Part shown: positions 59,733-64,000 of the stretch, piece after piece
Layout of the letters: every line of letters begins with the position of its first letter
Position numbering within the stretch: position 1 is the stretch's first letter
The notes under the pieces: generated by a model
Databases searched by the model: none
What the model saw: the letters and a program-made list of their open reading frames with translations, nothing else
Told to the model about the DNA's origin: nothing
Made by a program: the position numbers and the translations under genes
Assembly: GCA_947624155.1 (NCBI GenBank)
Contig: CANQJB010000004.1
Location: forward strand, 5,041 to 69,040
DNA length: 64,000 bases
Source: an uncultured Clostridia bacterium
GTDB taxonomy: Bacteria; Bacillota; Clostridia; Oscillospirales; Ruminococcaceae
Direction: 5' to 3'

Positions 59733-61295
59733 ATGCCTAATCCTCACTTCAACGTATCAATAACCCAGCGCAGCCGCGGGCAGTCGGCAGTTGCAGGTGC
59801 TGCCTACCAAAGCGGCGACAAACTGTTTTCAGAGTACGACCAAAAATACAAAGACAACTCGCGAAAGCAGGGCATAGTCTACACTGAAATAATGCTACCG
59901 TCAAACGCCCCTCCCGAATTTGCCGACCGAGAAACTCTTTGGAACGCCGCCGAGGAAATCGAAAAACAGTGGAACTCACAGATTGCTCGTCGGCTTGTTC
60001 TCGCACTTCCGAGGGAAGTCTCTGCCGACCAATATCCGCAGATGGTCAGAGATTACTGCAATGAGCATTTCGTTTCCAAAGGAATGTGCTGTGACTTCGC
60101 CATCCACGACCCCGACCCGCCGGGGTATAATCCACACTGTCACATTATGCTGACTATGCGTGCTTTGGACGAAAACGGAAAGTGGCTGTCAAAGAGTAGA
60201 AAAGTTTATGACCTTGACGAGAACGGCGAGCGGATACGGCTGCCGTCAGGAAACTGGAAATGCCATAAGGAAAGCACTGCCGACTGGAACGAGCAGACCT
60301 ACTGCGAGCAGTGGCGGCAAGGCTGGCAGGATATGCAGAACCGCTATCTTGAACTTACCGGAAGTCCCGAAAAGGTTGATTTGCGGTCATACGAAAGACA
60401 AGGACTTGATATTGTTCCCACTGTTCATATGGGACCTGCCGTTACGCAAATGGAACGTCGGGGAATTGCCACTAACATCGGTAATCTGAACCGTGATATA
60501 AAAGCTGTGAGCAATCTTTTGAGAAATGTACGCAAAACAATCCGCGACCTGCTTGACTGGATTGCAGAGGCTCGCAAGTCAACTAAATCGGCAGAATTAT
60601 CGTCACCGTTTCTTAGCGATTTGCTCAATAAATATCTATCTTTACGGACAAATGAGCGCGGAAATTGGTCGAGCTATGGCAAGCAGAAAGGCGCAACCGA
60701 CGACCTGAAAACCGTTTCCCAAGCGATTATTTACTTAAATTCCAAGGAACTTGTCACGCTTGACGATTTGGATAACGCTTTGCATGGCTTGAATGAAAAA
60801 GCGATACCGATCAGTGCGGAGATGAAGAGAGTAGAACGGCGTATGCAGACGATTACCGGCATACAGAAAGCTGTTGCCGACTGCAACAAGACTAAGGCAA
60901 CTCACGACAAGTATCTTAAAATAGGCTGGAAAACCAAACAAGCGGCATTTGCGGAATCTCACAAGGACGAGTTGGACAAATTTAATAAAGCATACCGTTT
61001 TCTGAAGAAACAAGGCGTGGATTTGAATGTAAATATTGACGCTTTGCAAGCGGAATATGACGGCTTGAAAGCCTCCCACGCCGAGCTTTCACGTCAGCTT
61101 GCCGCCGTCAATGAGGAGCTAAAGCCGATGAAAGATATACACCGTCGGGTGGGCAAAGGCCTTTCGCCGGAACAGTCGAAGAATGAGAACAAACCGGAAC
61201 AGAAGCTATCTATCACGGAAAAGATGAGGTATTATAAGGGAAAAGAGGAAAGGCAAGGGAAAGCAAAAGTTGTGGAAAAGGAGGTTTTGAATTAA
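59733..61295 (+). CDS. MobA/MobL (MOBQ-type) relaxase
   Basis: MPNPHFNVSITQRSRGQSAVAGAAYQSGDKL.. has the catalytic Tyr region. HUH-type motif ..FAIHDPDPPGYNPHCHIML... Long coiled-coil C-terminus. ATG at 59733 lies 9 nt after AAAGGAG. Confidence 0.85.
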   Translation: MPNPHFNVSITQRSRGQSAVAGAAYQSGDKLFSEYDQKYKDNSRKQGIVYTEIMLPSNAPPEFADRETLWNAAEEIEKQWNSQIARRLVLALPREVSADQYPQMVRDYCNEHFVSKGMCCDFAIHDPDPPGYNPHCHIMLTMRALDENGKWLSKSRKVYDLDENGERIRLPSGNWKCHKESTADWNEQTYCEQWRQGWQDMQNRYLELTGSPEKVDLRSYERQGLDIVPTVHMGPAVTQMERRGIATNIGNLNRDIKAVSNLLRNVRKTIRDLLDWIAEARKSTKSAELSSPFLSDLLNKYLSLRTNERGNWSSYGKQKGATDDLKTVSQAIIYLNSKELVTLDDLDNALHGLNEKAIPISAEMKRVERRMQTITGIQKAVADCNKTKATHDKYLKIGWKTKQAAFAESHKDELDKFNKAYRFLKKQGVDLNVNIDALQAEYDGLKASHAELSRQLAAVNEELKPMKDIHRRVGKGLSPEQSKNENKPEQKLSITEKMRYYKGKEERQGKAKVVEKEVLN

Positions 61296-61308
61296 GCGGC
61301 AATAGAAT

Positions 61309-64000
61309 TTATTCCGTTCTCAGCGCAACCACCGGGTCTTTCTTTGCCGCGCTCCTCGACGGTATGATCCCCGCAATCAGCGTCAGCACCATGCTTATCG
61401 CAATCAGAATCAGCGCGGCGGGGATAGGCAGGAACGCGCTCAGAGTTTTGATACCCGTCAGGTGGTGCAGAATCAGGTTGATCGGTATGCAGAGCAGATA
61501 CGTCATCAGCACACCCAGCAGTCCCGAAGCGAAGCCGATTATAACCGTTTCGGCGTTGAACATTCCCGAAACATTGCGCTTTGATGCGCCAATCGCGCGC
61601 AGGATTCCGATCTCTTTCGTCCGCTCCTGAACAGAAATCAGCGTGATTACGCCGATCATTATCGACGAAACAACCAGCGAGATCGCGACGAACGCAATCA
61701 GCACATAAGTAATTGCGTTGATTATCGTGTTGACTGACGCCATCATAATCCCGACGTAGTCGGTGTAATGTATCTGCGAAAGCTCCTCGACGGTGTCGTT
61801 GTAGGCCGTGATCGCGTCCTCGATGACCTCTTTGTTTTCAAAGGTCGAAGCAAAAATGTTTATGCTCGCGGGGCTGTCGATGTCAACACATCCGAGCGCC
61901 GAGAGGTTTTCGTCGTAGGTCGAATCGGAAAACTCGGTTATCTCGTCGTAGTAGACCGCGCACTGCTCGGCGGTGTAGGTTTGCATCGCCATATCAAGAG
62001 CCGCTGCAAGCTGCGAATCCTCCATTCCCGACATCTGTTCACTTACCTGCGCGGCGTACTGCGCTTTGACCTGCTCTGCCGCCATCTGAGAGAACAGCTC
62101 GGTCATTTCCTCGTCGCTCATATTGCTGACATATTCGGTGATCCGCGCCTCGTCCATTCCCATCTGCTCAACAAGTCCCGTAATCATCGCGGTTTCCATA
62201 TCTTCGCGGGTCATCGTTGACATTGTCTGCGAAACGGTTTGTTCAAGCTGCTCGTCGCTCGGAATGCTCATAATGTCAATATATGCTTCGGCTTTTTCGG
62301 ATTCATTGAGCCCCGTGATATACTCTCTAAAAGCCGCCTCTTTTTCTTCATCTAAGAGGCTACCGGTGTTTTCATTGAAGGGCAGCCCGGTGAAAATATC
62401 GGTCTCGGGATCGGCCTGCTGAGCCTTAATAGCAGCGGATTCTTTTGAATGCTCGATAACATATTCCGTCAGCTTGCTTGTGTAGCCGATAGAACCCGAA
62501 AGCATGGTCGAAACCGCGTTTTCCTTCGGGCGGATAATTCCCGAAACCTTGAGCGGAATAGCGTTGTCATAGAGATACTGAAGTCCCGCGTCGGTCGTGC
62601 GCAGGTCTCTGTATGTCCCTGTCGCGCTGTCGAGGGTGTAGCAGTCGGAGTTGAGGATAGTGCGGTATTCCATGCTGCAGATTTCCTCGTAGGTCCATTT
62701 TCTCTCGGTCGGGGGAAGCTCCGTCTTATTTATTGCCGCATTCATAGCTTTGTCAACGTTCTCTTTCGGCGAAAGACCCAAGGCGTAGAGCGACAGATCG
62801 TTAAGCTCGTTATTTTCATCAAGCACCAAAACTATCTCGTTATATTCGGTAGGCCATGAGCCATAAACTACGTCGTACTGCTTCTCCAAAAGCGGGCTGA
62901 TGAGTTTTCCGTTGTCGCCGGGGAGCATTTCCTGCCAAAGCTGCGACGACATTCCTCCCGGCATCATCATCGTCTGCGCGGGCGAATCTGTTATTCCGTA
63001 CTGCTCGCCGAGGGACAAAAGCGAGGTGATGTCGGTGTTCAGATACTCCACCAAAAAGTCCTTCATCAGCTCCTCCATGTCGGAGCGGATAATGTCGCCG
63101 TCGATGTTTTTAGTGTAGACCAAAAGGTCGAGGTCGTAGGTGTACTGAATGCCGTTGATAGCTTCACCGAGCGTTGGGTCATCGACCCGCTTTTGTTCGA
63201 GATATTTCTTGAACGCGGCAAGGTCATTTTCGTTCGCCTCCATTTCGCTAAGTGAGTTTACCATATCGTAGATCATGCCCTTGGCGTAGACCGCGTCCTT
63301 TTCGTGGGTATTGGTTGAACGCGCTGCGCCGATAAAGGTCTCCATCAGGGCTGAGATGTCCATATTCTGGGCTTCAAGGGTCAGCGGGTAGGACGATAGA
63401 GTGTCCTCCTCCACCGTGTTAATATATGTCGTCATTCCCTGCGAGACAGCGAAAATTAGAGCTATGCCGATGATTCCGATGCTTCCCGCAAACGAGGTCA
63501 GCGCAGTTCTGCCCTTTTTCGTGAACAGGTTTTTCAGCGACAGTCCGAAAGAGGTCGCGAACGACATCGACGGCAGCTTTTTGCTGACTTTTTTCGCCTT
63601 GTCCTTTTCACGCTCGCTTTCGATTTCCCCGTCGCTCAAAGGCGCGGAATCGTCGGTGATTTCGCCGTCGAGCATACGGATAATCCGTGTTGAATATTTC
63701 TCCGCAAGATCGGGGTTGTGTGTCACCATCACGACAAGCCGGTCTTTGGCGATTTCCTTTAAGATGTCCATTACCTGAATGCTCGTTTCGGTGTCAAGCG
63801 CGCCGGTCGGCTCGTCGGCGAGGATTATATCCGGGTTGTTGACGATAGCGCGGGCAATCGCGACCCGCTGCATCTGCCCGCCCGACATCTCGGCGGGGCG
63901 CTTGTTGAGCTGCGTACCGAGTCCTACGCGCTCCAAAGCCTCCTTTGCTCGCTTTCTGCGCTCGGATTTTGATACCCCCGAGAGGGTAAGCGCGAGCTCG
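61309..64000 (-). CDS. fused ABC ATPase plus FtsX/MacB-type permease with a large extracytoplasmic domain (5' end beyond the window)
   Basis: The frame stays open upstream of the track's TTG to the window edge (..[28 protein letters not shown]..). Signature [14 protein letters not shown] and Walker [12 protein letters not shown]. Then a TM, an extracytoplasmic region of about 550 aa, and the FtsX helices (..[12 protein letters not shown]..). Confidence 0.8.
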   Translation of the reverse strand, partial: ELALTLSGVSKSERRKRAKEALERVGLGTQLNKRPAEMSGGQMQRVAIARAIVNNPDIILADEPTGALDTETSIQVMDILKEIAKDRLVVMVTHNPDLAEKYSTRIIRMLDGEITDDSAPLSDGEIESEREKDKAKKVSKKLPSMSFATSFGLSLKNLFTKKGRTALTSFAGSIGIIGIALIFAVSQGMTTYINTVEEDTLSSYPLTLEAQNMDISALMETFIGAARSTNTHEKDAVYAKGMIYDMVNSLSEMEANENDLAAFKKYLEQKRVDDPTLGEAINGIQYTYDLDLLVYTKNIDGDIIRSDMEELMKDFLVEYLNTDITSLLSLGEQYGITDSPAQTMMMPGGMSSQLWQEMLPGDNGKLISPLLEKQYDVVYGSWPTEYNEIVLVLDENNELNDLSLYALGLSPKENVDKAMNAAINKTELPPTERKWTYEEICSMEYRTILNSDCYTLDSATGTYRDLRTTDAGLQYLYDNAIPLKVSGIIRPKENAVSTMLSGSIGYTSKLTEYVIEHSKESAAIKAQQADPETDIFTGLPFNENTGSLLDEEKEAAFREYITGLNESEKAEAYIDIMSIPSDEQLEQTVSQTMSTMTREDMETAMITGLVEQMGMDEARITEYVSNMSDEEMTELFSQMAAEQVKAQYAAQVSEQMSGMEDSQLAAALDMAMQTYTAEQCAVYYDEITEFSDSTYDENLSALGCVDIDSPASINIFASTFENKEVIEDAITAYNDTVEELSQIHYTDYVGIMMASVNTIINAITYVLIAFVAISLVVSSIMIGVITLISVQERTKEIGILRAIGASKRNVSGMFNAETVIIGFASGLLGVLMTYLLCIPINLILHHLTGIKTLSAFLPIPAALILIAISMVLTLIAGIIPSRSAAKKDPVVALRTE

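Larger units (their letters stand above)
53760..61300. mobile_element. AT-richer island: decayed mobilisable element (relic genes, ABC cargo, DUF3847-like gene, candidate oriT, MOBQ relaxase); boundaries approximate and no integrase seen in the window
   Basis: There is an abrupt drop in G+C by eye between the pstS promoter and the 3' end of the MacB-like gene. The relaxase and its accessory gene are intact. Several small genes carry frameshifts or truncations. Confidence 0.55.

Overview
This looks like a high-GC, densely coded Firmicutes (Clostridia-like) chromosome segment. All calls come from reading the translations and the DNA by eye. Family names are recalled from motifs, and no search was run.

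Gene content, left to right:
- 1-0.3 kb: tail of a surface protein.
- 0.3-7.0 kb, minus strand: an MBOAT O-acyltransferase cluster. It holds two paralogous DltD/SGNH-like exoproteins with BspA-type LRR modules in swapped domain order, a small membrane protein and a GNAT.
- 7.2-11.5 kb: a 1422-aa fused BcrAD/BadFG activase plus dehydratase-like protein.
- 11.6-22.8 kb, minus strand: a branched-chain amino-acid super-operon. The order is consensus promoter, T-box leader, leuA-leuC-leuD-leuB-ilvB-ilvN-ilvC, a 230-nt hairpin-rich spacer, ilvD, and a DUF815-type ATPase.
- 23-35 kb: assorted housekeeping and accessory genes. These are an AlkZ-like protein, an XAT acetyltransferase, a frameshifted DUF362 gene, a beta-CASP nuclease, the UPF0237/UPF0210 pair, two Gfo/Idh/MocA oxidoreductases, spoIIP, an M15 peptidase, a CBS protein and lipoproteins.
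- 35-46 kb: typA, an XRE regulator, coaX with an ECF S-component, a MATE pump, and a MarR gene with a heterodimeric ABC exporter.
- 46.5-53.7 kb, minus strand: the complete pst-phoU-phoRB region with a Pho box.
- About 53.76-61.3 kb: a visibly AT-richer island that looks like a decayed mobilisable element. It carries relic and frameshifted small genes, an intact ABC exporter pair, a DUF3847-like gene, a structured candidate oriT and a MOBQ-type relaxase.
- 61.3-64.0 kb: a fused MacB-like ABC gene that runs off the window.

Most unusual observations:
1. Two inverted copies of a 92-nt hairpin element whose stems differ only by compensatory substitutions. One copy interrupts a relic gene while keeping the reading frame. 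The other sits inside a palindrome and is flanked by a 9-nt direct repeat.
2. Two tandem units of about 169 nt next to the XRE gene. Each has a near-consensus promoter driving a short structured, CU-rich RNA, and G-U pairs indicate the plus strand.
3. The MBOAT cluster with its LRR-fused partner proteins.

No rRNA, tRNA or CRISPR array was seen.
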